IMG/VR virus record: IMGVR_UViG_3300037631_002099
Span: 1-25,012 of that record
Strand: one strand, 5' to 3'
DNA length: 25,012 nucleotides
Origin: a virus
Taxonomy: Duplodnaviria > Caudoviricetes
Part shown: piece after piece, positions 7,938 to 16,630 of the stretch
How the letters are laid out: every line of letters starts with the position of its first letter
How positions within the stretch are numbered: the stretch's first letter is position 1
Notes under the pieces: generated by a model
What the model saw: the letters and a program-made list of their open reading frames with translations, nothing else
Told to the model about the DNA's origin: nothing
The model's database searches: none
Program-made: the position numbers and the translations under genes

Positions 7938-8705
7938 TTATTCCCTATTTTCACGTTCCCACTCAGCATTGTCGTCGAAGTCTTCCCAATAGTCTTTTAA
8001 GTTTTCATACATCAGTTCCTGACTATCATGCCACTTAGTATTTAACCAACCAACTTCTGCATCATAACTTTTACCGGTAGTGTCATTGTAATCGTAATCA
8101 CAGTCTAATTCTTCCTTATCGTAAAATACATTATCAATAAATTCTGCTAAGTTTGTTTCTACAACACCATAACCTAATTTAAACTCGTCAAATGGTTCGT
8201 CAGTATCTACAAACCATGCACCGAAACTGCCTTTTTCTGAACTATGAAATGCTAAAACAGGAACATACTCGTTACCATCCTCGTCTTTTTCATTTACTAC
8301 TTCTGGTTCTTCACTACTAAAGTATCCGCCTTCTCTGCCATATACATGAATCCCTTCTCCATCATATACTTCTTTATCATAGTCCCAATCATTTGAACCA
8401 TCTGCTGGAACTTCGTATACCATAAACCCGCCATCTGCATAGGCACTATTAATGTGTTCAAAGTTATCATTTTCCCACATGTAAAAATCTTCACCTGGTA
8501 ATGCAGGATGTGGTATCCCTTCTGGGTCTAATAAAGCATCAGAATCTTCCTCCTCATTTGGGTCCCAGTCCTCTGCTTCTAAAACTGCATCAACAACTTC
8601 ATCTTGTTTATCTGCATAATAACTAGCAAAAGAATTACTAACTTCTCCTAAAACAAGTTCTCCTCCGTATCTTCCGCCTTCAATTCTATATCTATGTTTT
8701 GCCAT
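7938..8705 (-). CDS. Highly acidic hypothetical protein (255 aa)
   Basis: Long ORF with GGAGG SD; about 71 D+E versus about 16 K+R by hand count. Confidence 0.8.
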   Translation of the reverse strand: MAKHRYRIEGGRYGGELVLGEVSNSFASYYADKQDEVVDAVLEAEDWDPNEEEDSDALLDPEGIPHPALPGEDFYMWENDNFEHINSAYADGGFMVYEVPADGSNDWDYDKEVYDGEGIHVYGREGGYFSSEEPEVVNEKDEDGNEYVPVLAFHSSEKGSFGAWFVDTDEPFDEFKLGYGVVETNLAEFIDNVFYDKEELDCDYDYNDTTGKSYDAEVGWLNTKWHDSQELMYENLKDYWEDFDDNAEWERENRE

Positions 8706-8714
8706 ATTAGCCTC

Positions 8715-9212
8715 CTATAATAAATCTGCTATGTCAATATTTTTAATTTTTTTGTATTCTTTTATAAACAATACACACTTTGGTTCTTCCTTATCTTCAA
8801 GTGGTACAACTAACATATGACCATTTTTAAGTTTAGGGAAAAACCATTTAACATCTTGATACACATTAGTAATTTGTATCTCTTCTGCTCTTGGCATCCA
8901 ACTATGCATTGGATTAAGTGCAGGTGTTAAAAACCCTCTATTATTCAAACTTGCTAATGGTATTATTTCTAAATCTGCAAACTCTTCATCACAAGTTAGT
9001 ATGCTCCAATCCATAGGCATTTGAATATTATGCTCTCCTATCTGCAAACAAATAGCAGGAGCATGAAAACTTTCTAAAAATATTAATGGTAAGAAGTAGT
9101 AGTCTTGAAATTCTTCATCTCCTCCATCAAAGACACAGTATCTAATATCCTCAATCTGATCTGGCACACAATCTATATCGTATGGTTTATTTTCTAATGT
9201 TAATATTTTCAT
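8715..9212 (-). CDS. Hypothetical protein, possibly a degenerate Hint-fold protein
   Basis: ATGA overlap with uvsW stop; beta-rich with a Hint-like spacing pattern (see findings). Confidence 0.6.
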   Translation of the reverse strand: MKILTLENKPYDIDCVPDQIEDIRYCVFDGGDEEFQDYYFLPLIFLESFHAPAICLQIGEHNIQMPMDWSILTCDEEFADLEIIPLASLNNRGFLTPALNPMHSWMPRAEEIQITNVYQDVKWFFPKLKNGHMLVVPLEDKEEPKCVLFIKEYKKIKNIDIADLL

Positions 9213-10666
9213 TTATATTCCACCTTGGTTACTTGAAAAGGAAATCCTTGTTCTCGGTAGAAGGCTTTCCTTTTCGTTAAATGCCTTTTACTGTATTTTA
9301 AATTGCTAGTTAAGTCTACTACATTAAGATAATCCTTATCTTCTGCTTTCCTAATGCCTCTACCTATACTTTGTATTACTCTAACAAAACTTTTGCCTGG
9401 TTCTAGTAATACTAAATTAAATATTCTTGGTATATTAATACCCACTGCCGCCACACCATATGTTGCAACAATAACCTTATTGTCTAATTCTGATATCTCA
9501 TCATATTCTGTTTGCCTATCTTTTTGCTTCATTGTACCGGAAACAAAAACCCAGTCATCATTTAATTCCCCTAAGGCTTCTCCAGTTGCGATTCTATCTA
9601 TTAGAACCAATGTATTTCCATTTACAGAAAGTCCTTTTATTATTTCTGAGATATGTTTTATTCTTTTTTCATCTGTAACTAACCATTTAAGTTCTTGTGC
9701 ATAGTTACTGAATCCCATCATACCATCTTGTAGTTGGAATATATTGATGTCTAAGTTTGCTAGTACACCCATATCCTGTAGTTCTTTACTACTCATTTTA
9801 CCAACTACTGGGCCTAAACTACATACACAGCCAACTGCTTCATATTCATCTTTTGGGATAGTACCTGTTAGTCCCCATCTAACTGGAACATTTTTAAATG
9901 GACCACTTAATAAATTTCTTAAAACATCTGCTTTTGCTTTATGTACTTCGTCAACCATAATACATACAACATCATCTAAAAACTCATCTATTGGAAATGG
10001 AGTTTCTCCTGCTTTAGTTTTCTTTTCTAATACTGCTAAACTTTGCCAAGTACAAATTGTGTGCTGTTTATCATATTGTTTTCTATCCCCAAACAATACT
10101 CCAACATCTAATCCCATATTAATATAGTCTTTTTCTGTTTGTACTACTAAGTCTTTATTAGGAACAATAACAATAGTTCTGCCATACTCCTCACACTTTT
10201 GACTTAGTACTGCTGTAATAAGTGTTTTACCTGCTCCTGTGGCAATCTCTTGTACACTCTGTGGATTCTCTAGGAACTTGTTTATAACATCTACTTGATA
10301 GTCCCTTAATATAATAGGTTCTCCTCCTGCAGGATGTTTCTCAGGCCATTTAACATGATCATAACTTGTTTGTGCAACAGCATCAAAATTAAATTCCCAT
10401 GCTTGTCGCATATCCTTAACTTCAATCTCATAGCCATCGCCAGTTACAATAGGTAACAGTTTATCTAATATATGAAAATATGTTCTGCCACCTATATCAC
10501 AGAACCTCACGCATCCATCCCATCTGCCTAGTTTATATGCTGGCATATGATATGCATAAGGTAAAAAATACTTACAGGCATCTGAAATCTTACGTCTGGT
10601 CTTAACGTCAAGTCCTGTGAACCTGACGTTTACCTCGTCCTTAATTTCTAAAACACATTTTCCCAT
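9209..10666 (-). CDS. uvsW: UvsW-like SF2 DNA helicase
   Basis: 'WDG' N-domain, Q motif 'LRDYQ', Walker A 'ATGAGKT', 'DEVH', 'GLTGT', 'GINIP', 'QSIGRGIR'. Confidence 0.92.
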   Translation of the reverse strand: MGKCVLEIKDEVNVRFTGLDVKTRRKISDACKYFLPYAYHMPAYKLGRWDGCVRFCDIGGRTYFHILDKLLPIVTGDGYEIEVKDMRQAWEFNFDAVAQTSYDHVKWPEKHPAGGEPIILRDYQVDVINKFLENPQSVQEIATGAGKTLITAVLSQKCEEYGRTIVIVPNKDLVVQTEKDYINMGLDVGVLFGDRKQYDKQHTICTWQSLAVLEKKTKAGETPFPIDEFLDDVVCIMVDEVHKAKADVLRNLLSGPFKNVPVRWGLTGTIPKDEYEAVGCVCSLGPVVGKMSSKELQDMGVLANLDINIFQLQDGMMGFSNYAQELKWLVTDEKRIKHISEIIKGLSVNGNTLVLIDRIATGEALGELNDDWVFVSGTMKQKDRQTEYDEISELDNKVIVATYGVAAVGINIPRIFNLVLLEPGKSFVRVIQSIGRGIRKAEDKDYLNVVDLTSNLKYSKRHLTKRKAFYREQGFPFQVTKVEYK

Positions 10667-10671
10667 AGTTT

Positions 10672-10701
10672 ATTATACTACCAATTGTACTGTAATGTCA
10701 A
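10672..10701 (-). promoter_or_regulatory. Sigma70-type promoter for the uvsW operon (TTGACA-18-TATAAT), 5 nt before ATG
   Basis: Perfect hexamers at 10701-10696 and 10677-10672; -35 and spacer lie inside the receptor gene 3' end. Confidence 0.75.
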
Positions 10702-12363
10702 GTTAATTTGTCTACCTTGGTTGTCATAGTAAGGTAATATCTCTACTTCTTCATCAGTAATGTTATCAATCGCAAAGTTTAGATTCATACCATTAGTAAA
10801 TCTTTTTGTAATATACACACTAAGTTTTGTAAGATCTTCTAAAAACTCTTGTCCTACTGGGAGAACATCGTAAGCACCAGGCTTTCTATCAAACTGTCCT
10901 GCATACTGAACTTTATAATTTACATCTTTAAACATTTGTTCCCATGTAATAACACCAACATACTCAGGTACTCTAGTTTGATCTGTGTCATTTACTTTTA
11001 AATCAATACTAAATGAATTCCACGTATTAGAAAATCTAATACCTTGTGTATCATATGAGCCTGAATTATTATATTTTGCATTATAATAAATTGTTTCATT
11101 TACTTGATCAGTTAAAAGATTTCCATCTACATCATATGTAGCAGGAGAAACTAATACTGTTTCTGAATATGATGACGTATATTCTATTGCTTCTTCAAAT
11201 TCGTATTTAAAAATACTAATAGCACCAAACCCTATTTCATATCCAACTCCTTCCTCAGGAAGTAATTCATTATTTGGATCTACAAAGGCATCGCCATAAA
11301 GTTCATATAAGTTAGGCCTTCTATAACTAGTTCCTACATTAAAAAAGAACTGATCTTTTGCTATACCAAGTCTCATAGCATTTTGATCTTCGTTTCCGTA
11401 TCTAATACCAAAGTTGTACTCTAATGCAAACTTGGCATTTACACTTAAAAAGGCACCGTAGTTATCTTGTTTTTGTTCCATGTATTGATCTTTGCTACCA
11501 TCAACACCATAAGTGACATCTAATAAGTTAGATAATTTAACAGTATCGCCTGCTCTAAAAAAGTCTCTACTACTTTCATTTTGGTATGTACTAACACCTT
11601 CTGTAAAATATTCTGCTTTATCCTCTGATCTACCAATAGTAAAGAATTCGTTCCTAATACTTACAGTAAATCTTTCACCGTCCTGTAAGCAGTCGTTACT
11701 TTGTGACCAACTAGCAGTATAACAATTATCATAATCGTATGCATAATCTGTTGCATTTACATATAGTGTAAAGTCGCCTGCGTCTGCAATAATTTTTGCA
11801 CTAGTATTTTCATAAGTATCTTCTTCTTCGTTATCGTTTCTAGCATGTTGCTTTACTGAAAAATCTGTAACTTGTATCCAGTTTGTAGGTGCTACTGACA
11901 GATATCTGTGAGATTGGTTTCCTAATCTTCCAGTTACACCTTTTTTAATTGTATCTGTAATTAAAACTGTACCACCTATACTGCCTGAGCCATACATTAC
12001 ACTATTGGCTCCACTAATTACTTTAACGTCTTCGCCTGATACAATATCATGTGCAAAGTCATACCAACCTGAACCAGGGGTATTTTGATGTATTCCGTTT
12101 TTATAAACTGCTGTATGAACTGATTGTGTTCCTCGTTCTCTATATAAAATATTACCGCCATAGCCTCCTGCTATATAGGCCACTTCTGGTATTAAAGTAC
12201 TAATTAATTTAGTATCTGTAAGAGCATCTGTTTCTGTTTGTTTTACTTCTTGTGCAATAACAATTACCTCTTCAATATCTTCAGCAAGTGCAAATGCTGT
12301 CCATAAAGGTAAAGTAATAACTATTGCAATCTTTACAATATTATCGTATAGAAATTTTTCCAT
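10678..12363 (-). CDS. TonB-dependent outer-membrane receptor (BtuB-like, compact 561 aa)
   Basis: Signal peptide ending 'AFALA', TonB-box-like 'EEVIVIA', plug motif 'VISGANSVMYGSGSIGGTVLIT', 'YRRPNLYELY', 'IDNITD', C-terminal 'GRQINLTLQYNW' ending in an aromatic residue; AGGAGA SD. Confidence 0.88.
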   Translation of the reverse strand: MEKFLYDNIVKIAIVITLPLWTAFALAEDIEEVIVIAQEVKQTETDALTDTKLISTLIPEVAYIAGGYGGNILYRERGTQSVHTAVYKNGIHQNTPGSGWYDFAHDIVSGEDVKVISGANSVMYGSGSIGGTVLITDTIKKGVTGRLGNQSHRYLSVAPTNWIQVTDFSVKQHARNDNEEEDTYENTSAKIIADAGDFTLYVNATDYAYDYDNCYTASWSQSNDCLQDGERFTVSIRNEFFTIGRSEDKAEYFTEGVSTYQNESSRDFFRAGDTVKLSNLLDVTYGVDGSKDQYMEQKQDNYGAFLSVNAKFALEYNFGIRYGNEDQNAMRLGIAKDQFFFNVGTSYRRPNLYELYGDAFVDPNNELLPEEGVGYEIGFGAISIFKYEFEEAIEYTSSYSETVLVSPATYDVDGNLLTDQVNETIYYNAKYNNSGSYDTQGIRFSNTWNSFSIDLKVNDTDQTRVPEYVGVITWEQMFKDVNYKVQYAGQFDRKPGAYDVLPVGQEFLEDLTKLSVYITKRFTNGMNLNFAIDNITDEEVEILPYYDNQGRQINLTLQYNW

Positions 12364-12413
12364 GATCTATTTCTCCTGTGATGACTGATCAAAGTCGTAA
12401 TTTATAAGTACTA

Positions 12414-12441
12414 ATTATACACTTAATATATATTTTGTCAA
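12414..12441 (-). promoter_or_regulatory. Sigma70-type promoter for the TonB receptor (TTGACA-16-TATAAT)
   Basis: Perfect hexamers at 12441-12436 and 12419-12414. Confidence 0.75.
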
Positions 12442-12447
12442 GTGTTT

Positions 12448-12480
12448 AATAAGAGAAACCCCCAAAAAATTGGGGGCTTC
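12448..12480 (-). terminator. Rho-independent terminator after the AAA ATPase gene
   Basis: GAAGCCCCCAA-TTTT-TTGGGGGTTTC stem (12480-12455) followed by TCTTATT. Confidence 0.75.
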
Positions 12481-12483
12481 AAA

Positions 12484-12511
12484 GTGTTTAGAGTGGGAGG
12501 GTTCTAAACAC
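12484..12511 (-). other. Perfect 9-bp hairpin with C-rich loop (GTGTTTAGA-ACCCTCCCAC-TCTAAACAC) in the 3' UTR
   Basis: Inverted repeat at 12484-12492 / 12503-12511 read directly from the sequence. Confidence 0.7.
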
Positions 12512-12525
12512 CAGGGGGAGTATGC

Positions 12526-13554
12526 TTAAACATTTTTTTGTCTATGCATACAAGTTGACTCAGCCAATTGTTTCCAATTGTCGAAATCCATCTTGGCCAA
12601 GTCAGCAATTTTAAGTACCATTCTCAAACTAAGTTCCCTAAGTCTAGCACTCTTTAAGACCATAAAGTCTATAATTTCTTTTTCAAACTCTTTGCTAAAG
12701 CCATACTCTTTAAGCATGCCATCTCTAACAATTTGATTAATCCTTAAAAACTTATCGCTAGTAGAGTCCATACCCAAATCAATGTAGTGACATCTTGACA
12801 TTAGTGCTTGTAAATGATCTTGTATTTTCTTACTTCTAACATTTTCAAAGTTTACATTAGTAATAAAGATTACGCCACCTTTAAATTCAAACCTATCAGG
12901 TATGTCTTCTCTACGAAGTGCTTGTGATTCTGCTTTCCAACTAATTGTTCTCTTTTTACCAGAGTCCAATACTGCTTTTAACATATTCAAACATACTTCA
13001 TCAAATAATACTGTATCGCAGTCATCAAATACAAGTATGTCACCTTTTGACGAATTGTTAAATAATGTTTTGTACAAACCAATTGGTGTCATAGAGCCCT
13101 TAACAATTTCTGTTTTAACACCACCACCAAGTTTTGCCATTGCATCATACTCTTCAAGTATAGTTTCAACACCAAAACTTTTACCTACTCCTGGAGGGCC
13201 ACTAACAATAAGTCCTCTAACAGTACCATTTGCTACAGCATCAGTCATTTGGTCTAATACCTCAAATCTCTTTTTAATCCTATCCATAGCCTGTTGAGTA
13301 GTTTCCTTTTTCTTAGGCTCTTTTTTAACTGGCATAAGTGCTTGATAGTCTTCTTTAGATGAGGGTTCAACACTAAGTGGTGAATCAACTAAAATCCTTA
13401 CTCTTTTAGATTCAGGACCCATTAAAGCAGAACCATCTACCGTTACAAACGCACCTTTTTTACCAAAGGTTAATGGTTTTACTAGTGGAAAAATCGCATC
13501 TTTAATAGGTGCATTGCGATAGGTACCTTTTTTAATTTTAACAAAGTTTTTCAT
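12526..13554 (-). CDS. AAA+ family ATPase
   Basis: Walker A 'GPPGVGKS', Walker B 'LVFDDCD', sensor 'FITN', arginine finger 'ALMSRC'; GGGAGG SD. Confidence 0.85.
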   Translation of the reverse strand: MKNFVKIKKGTYRNAPIKDAIFPLVKPLTFGKKGAFVTVDGSALMGPESKRVRILVDSPLSVEPSSKEDYQALMPVKKEPKKKETTQQAMDRIKKRFEVLDQMTDAVANGTVRGLIVSGPPGVGKSFGVETILEEYDAMAKLGGGVKTEIVKGSMTPIGLYKTLFNNSSKGDILVFDDCDTVLFDEVCLNMLKAVLDSGKKRTISWKAESQALRREDIPDRFEFKGGVIFITNVNFENVRSKKIQDHLQALMSRCHYIDLGMDSTSDKFLRINQIVRDGMLKEYGFSKEFEKEIIDFMVLKSARLRELSLRMVLKIADLAKMDFDNWKQLAESTCMHRQKNV

Positions 13555-13591
13555 ATAATGCCTCCCACGGCTTTATTTAAAATATACATTT

Positions 13592-13619
13592 ATTATACTA
13601 TATTTTTAAGTCTTGTCAA
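13592..13619 (-). promoter_or_regulatory. Sigma70-type promoter for the AAA ATPase (TTGACA-16-TATAAT)
   Basis: Perfect hexamers at 13619-13614 and 13597-13592. Confidence 0.75.
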
Positions 13620-14621
13620 CCCCTTTTTATACATATTTCGTAAATTAATGTTATTTTCTTCTACTTTTGTATAATTTTTAGTATAATAGTTCTCTATATA
13701 ATAACTTCCTTCGCTAACAATGTCAACTATTTTTTCTATTTTATTTTCATATTCTAAACTGTCATAATCATATCCTAATAGGTCATCAAAGGTATGAAAG
13801 CCTAATTCTTTAAGATATTCTAAATGTCCTATTGGAGTTAAAGGTATGGGTATTTGCCCTGCTAAAAATGGTTTAACAGTTTTTTCAGTACATACTTGTT
13901 TGTCTATTTCTGATTCTGTATATATGTGAGCATAAGTATTATTAAATGCTGTATGGCTTACAGAAAATGTATCAAAGGATAAGTTTTTATCATCTAATGC
14001 TTTTGCATAAGGATCTTGCTCATACTTAAAAGGTAAACAATCTATATAATTTTGATAATGTTTTAGATGCTGTAACTTTTTATTTGCTTCATTTAAAAAA
14101 TTTTCTTCTCCCTTACTTTGTGAGAATAAAATATCATCTAATAATTTATTTTCCCACAACTTATACCCTAAGTGAATTCTAAAATACTTTGGAAAATGAT
14201 TCAAAAAACTATACGAGTAATCTCTTTTGCCAGTATTTTCTATAGGTTGATATTTAAAATTATTAAAATAAACTAATCCTATTTCATATATGTTATCAGA
14301 ATGTTTTTTTGCATCATACCCTATAGTTTGTATTATAAAGAATGTATCTTGCTTACTTTTTAAAAAATTAATTATATCGTCATATGTTTCAGAAGATAGT
14401 AAGTTTGGCCATGTGTCTGTATTCCCCAATACAAAACTTTCTACACCCTGATCTATAAAATATTCTATTCTTTCTTTTATTGTTTCTAATAATAAACTTG
14501 ATACGCCTAAATTTATTGACGTATCTAAATTTCTATCACAACATAGTAATAAGTCTGTTGCTACAGGATCTAGTACACTGGCTTCCACATATTCTTGTGG
14601 AATGGTACTATTGCTTAACAT
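13593..14621 (-). CDS. Hypothetical 'TEK-motif' protein, glycosyltransferase-like (probable start MLSN at 14621)
   Basis: 'FLNH.PK.FR', 'IYTES...TEKTVKPF..GQIP...G.L.YLKELGF.TFD...YD'; TAATG overlap with the Smr gene; paralog-like to 19288-20490. Confidence 0.6.
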   Translation of the reverse strand: MLSNSTIPQEYVEASVLDPVATDLLLCCDRNLDTSINLGVSSLLLETIKERIEYFIDQGVESFVLGNTDTWPNLLSSETYDDIINFLKSKQDTFFIIQTIGYDAKKHSDNIYEIGLVYFNNFKYQPIENTGKRDYSYSFLNHFPKYFRIHLGYKLWENKLLDDILFSQSKGEENFLNEANKKLQHLKHYQNYIDCLPFKYEQDPYAKALDDKNLSFDTFSVSHTAFNNTYAHIYTESEIDKQVCTEKTVKPFLAGQIPIPLTPIGHLEYLKELGFHTFDDLLGYDYDSLEYENKIEKIVDIVSEGSYYIENYYTKNYTKVEENNINLRNMYKKGLTRLKNIV

Positions 14622-14830
14622 TATATTTTCCTTATAACGATTACACCATATAAATCCATAACAAATTCTTCGCAACCTATTCTATCTATAACATCTTTTA
14701 CTAGGTCAATCATTCGCTGACTGTTACCGCAAATAATAGTAAGTGGTAATTGGTTTTGGTTAAGTAGTATAAAATTTTCTACTTTAAGATCTACTTCGTG
14801 ATGTCTAACACCGTGTAAATCTAATTTCAT
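14621..14830 (-). CDS. Stand-alone Smr-domain protein (69 aa)
   Basis: 'LDLHG' start motif, 'IICGNS', terminal 'GVIVI' strand. Confidence 0.75.
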   Translation of the reverse strand: MKLDLHGVRHHEVDLKVENFILLNQNQLPLTIICGNSQRMIDLVKDVIDRIGCEEFVMDLYGVIVIRKI

Positions 14831-15291
14831 TAATCTATTACAATGTCTTCCATACCAGCAGTTCTAAGTCTAGTGATATGTCCTATTTGCCATTGCTTTG
14901 TATCTAAGCCTTTCATTATTCCTAAATACTTATTTCTCAATAGACTAAATTGGTTAGTTAGGTGTGTTAGGTCTATTACTGATTGTTCACCATCAACAAA
15001 CTTATCTGCATCTCTGCTTGATAATGTTCTATTATAGTTTTCTAAATATTTACGAAATACTACAGAACGTTCCTTGCGAAGTTCTATATTTAAATGTTCC
15101 AATATTGCTTCAATCTCTTGAAGTTGGTTAAATCGAAACTCAGTAAGACCGGGCAGGGAGGCACTGGCCTTTTCCAGGCTCCCTTTGATCTTGACTTCCC
15201 ATCTTGCTTCATCTAATTCCTTTTGGTAATATTCGATTGCCGGAACTATATTACCTAAGTCTTGTACAATGTTGTTATAATGGGTAGCCAT
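14830..15291 (-). CDS. uvsY: UvsY-like recombination mediator
   Basis: Helical ~150 aa; 'FRKYLE.Y...LSSRDADKFVDGE...IMKGLDTKQWQI..I.RLR.AG'; adjacent to uvsX. Confidence 0.75.
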   Translation of the reverse strand: MATHYNNIVQDLGNIVPAIEYYQKELDEARWEVKIKGSLEKASASLPGLTEFRFNQLQEIEAILEHLNIELRKERSVVFRKYLENYNRTLSSRDADKFVDGEQSVIDLTHLTNQFSLLRNKYLGIMKGLDTKQWQIGHITRLRTAGMEDIVID

Positions 15292-15294
15292 AAA

Positions 15295-15525
15295 TTAATC
15301 CCAATCCTCATCTTCATCATCTTCCAACCCAATGTCAAAGTGGCTGATTAATGCGGCTTTCATAATAGAATCGAACTCATTAGCATTTTCTTCTGCTTCT
15401 GAAATATCAACATGATCTTCAAAAGATCTAAGTAGTTCTTCTGCTACATGAAGCCTTTCTTTTGCAGGGACAAACGATTTAATCGTGTCCCATGCATCTA
15501 ATAGTAATGCTACCTCAGGACTCAT
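15295..15525 (-). CDS. Small acidic hypothetical protein
   Basis: 76-aa ORF filling the uvsX-uvsY gap; GGAGG SD; acidic tail. Confidence 0.7.
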   Translation of the reverse strand: MSPEVALLLDAWDTIKSFVPAKERLHVAEELLRSFEDHVDISEAEENANEFDSIMKAALISHFDIGLEDDEDEDWD

Positions 15526-16621
15526 CTGTGTAATCCTCCATATCTGGCTCTAGAATCTCAGGATCAATATCTTCTACAACATCATCTTGTGCCATAGGAT
15601 TTTGTCCCCATTCATCTAAAATTACTTGAAGTTTTTCATTAGTCCAGCCTTTCCTGAACTCTTTTATTTCTTCACCTGTTACAGGAGAAACATAAGAAAG
15701 TTTATTACCTACTTTAGTAAGTATCTCTTTTGCTTCTAACATTTCTACCATACCACTATAAGGGTCCATTCCTGTTTCATATGGAATCTTAATCTGTACA
15801 CCTTCAAAAGGTTTACTATATCTAGACTTCATTACTTTACAGGCGGCTCTTATACCTTGTACTGTGGAAACTTTATTTCCTGCTTCGTCCTCTTTTAGTT
15901 TAAGTTTTTTAATTGCTACAACAATACTTGATGCATATATAAAACCTTGTCCGCCTGAGATTTTATCATCAGGGTCAAACATGTCTTGCGATGCATAAGT
16001 GTGGTTTGTTGCTACAATTCCAATTGGAAAGGGTGCTATTTGGTTAACTGTGTTTCTAACTAAAGACGCCAATGCCTTTGGTTTTCTACCCATATCACCT
16101 TTCATATCACCTTTCTCAAATTGTGTTACGTCAGTAGGCGTTAATAACATTCCTAAACTATCTATAACAAATAATAACTTAGGCATATCTTCATATGCCA
16201 TATCGCCATAATTATTTTTATAGTCTTTCATAAATTCACTTATTGCTTTAGCAACATCGTCAATCATTGAAACACTAATTTTTAATAGTTTTTCTGGTGA
16301 TGTATCAACATCTAATGCCTGTAGCCATTGTTCATCCAATGCGTTCTCAGAGTCAAATAATACTACTTGACATCCTTGATCTTGTGCATTTTTAACAATG
16401 TTGCCAGAACATATAAACGATTTACCAGAACCTGATTCACCAGCAAACACACTAACTTTACCTAGTGGGATACCTCCATTGAAGTCCCCACTTATTAGGT
16501 AGTCTAATGTTTTGTTACCAGTGCTGATCCAATCCTTTGGGTCATGGAAACCAGCACTAATTCCACTAATGCTTTTAGTTAAACCGGTTCTGAACTTTGT
16601 TAAGTCAAATGGTTTTTGCAT
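15515..16621 (-). CDS. uvsX: UvsX/RecA-like recombinase
   Basis: 'ISTG', Walker A 'GESGSGKS', 'FDSENA', 'VIDSLG', 'TNHTY', 'SGGQG', 'KSR'. Confidence 0.93.
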   Translation of the reverse strand: MQKPFDLTKFRTGLTKSISGISAGFHDPKDWISTGNKTLDYLISGDFNGGIPLGKVSVFAGESGSGKSFICSGNIVKNAQDQGCQVVLFDSENALDEQWLQALDVDTSPEKLLKISVSMIDDVAKAISEFMKDYKNNYGDMAYEDMPKLLFVIDSLGMLLTPTDVTQFEKGDMKGDMGRKPKALASLVRNTVNQIAPFPIGIVATNHTYASQDMFDPDDKISGGQGFIYASSIVVAIKKLKLKEDEAGNKVSTVQGIRAACKVMKSRYSKPFEGVQIKIPYETGMDPYSGMVEMLEAKEILTKVGNKLSYVSPVTGEEIKEFRKGWTNEKLQVILDEWGQNPMAQDDVVEDIDPEILEPDMEDYTDES

Positions 16622-16630
16622 GATTACTCC

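Noticed and set aside
5103-12363. Bacterial chromosome origin suggested by metK, apt and the TonB receptor
   Set aside because: These genes are interleaved with and overlap-coupled to T4-like core genes (uvsW, gp62-like) and share their composition.
12364-12525. Cobalamin riboswitch upstream of the BtuB-like receptor
   Set aside because: The leader after the promoter is only ~45 nt and has no B12-box. The hairpins lie upstream of the promoter and belong to the previous gene's 3' end.
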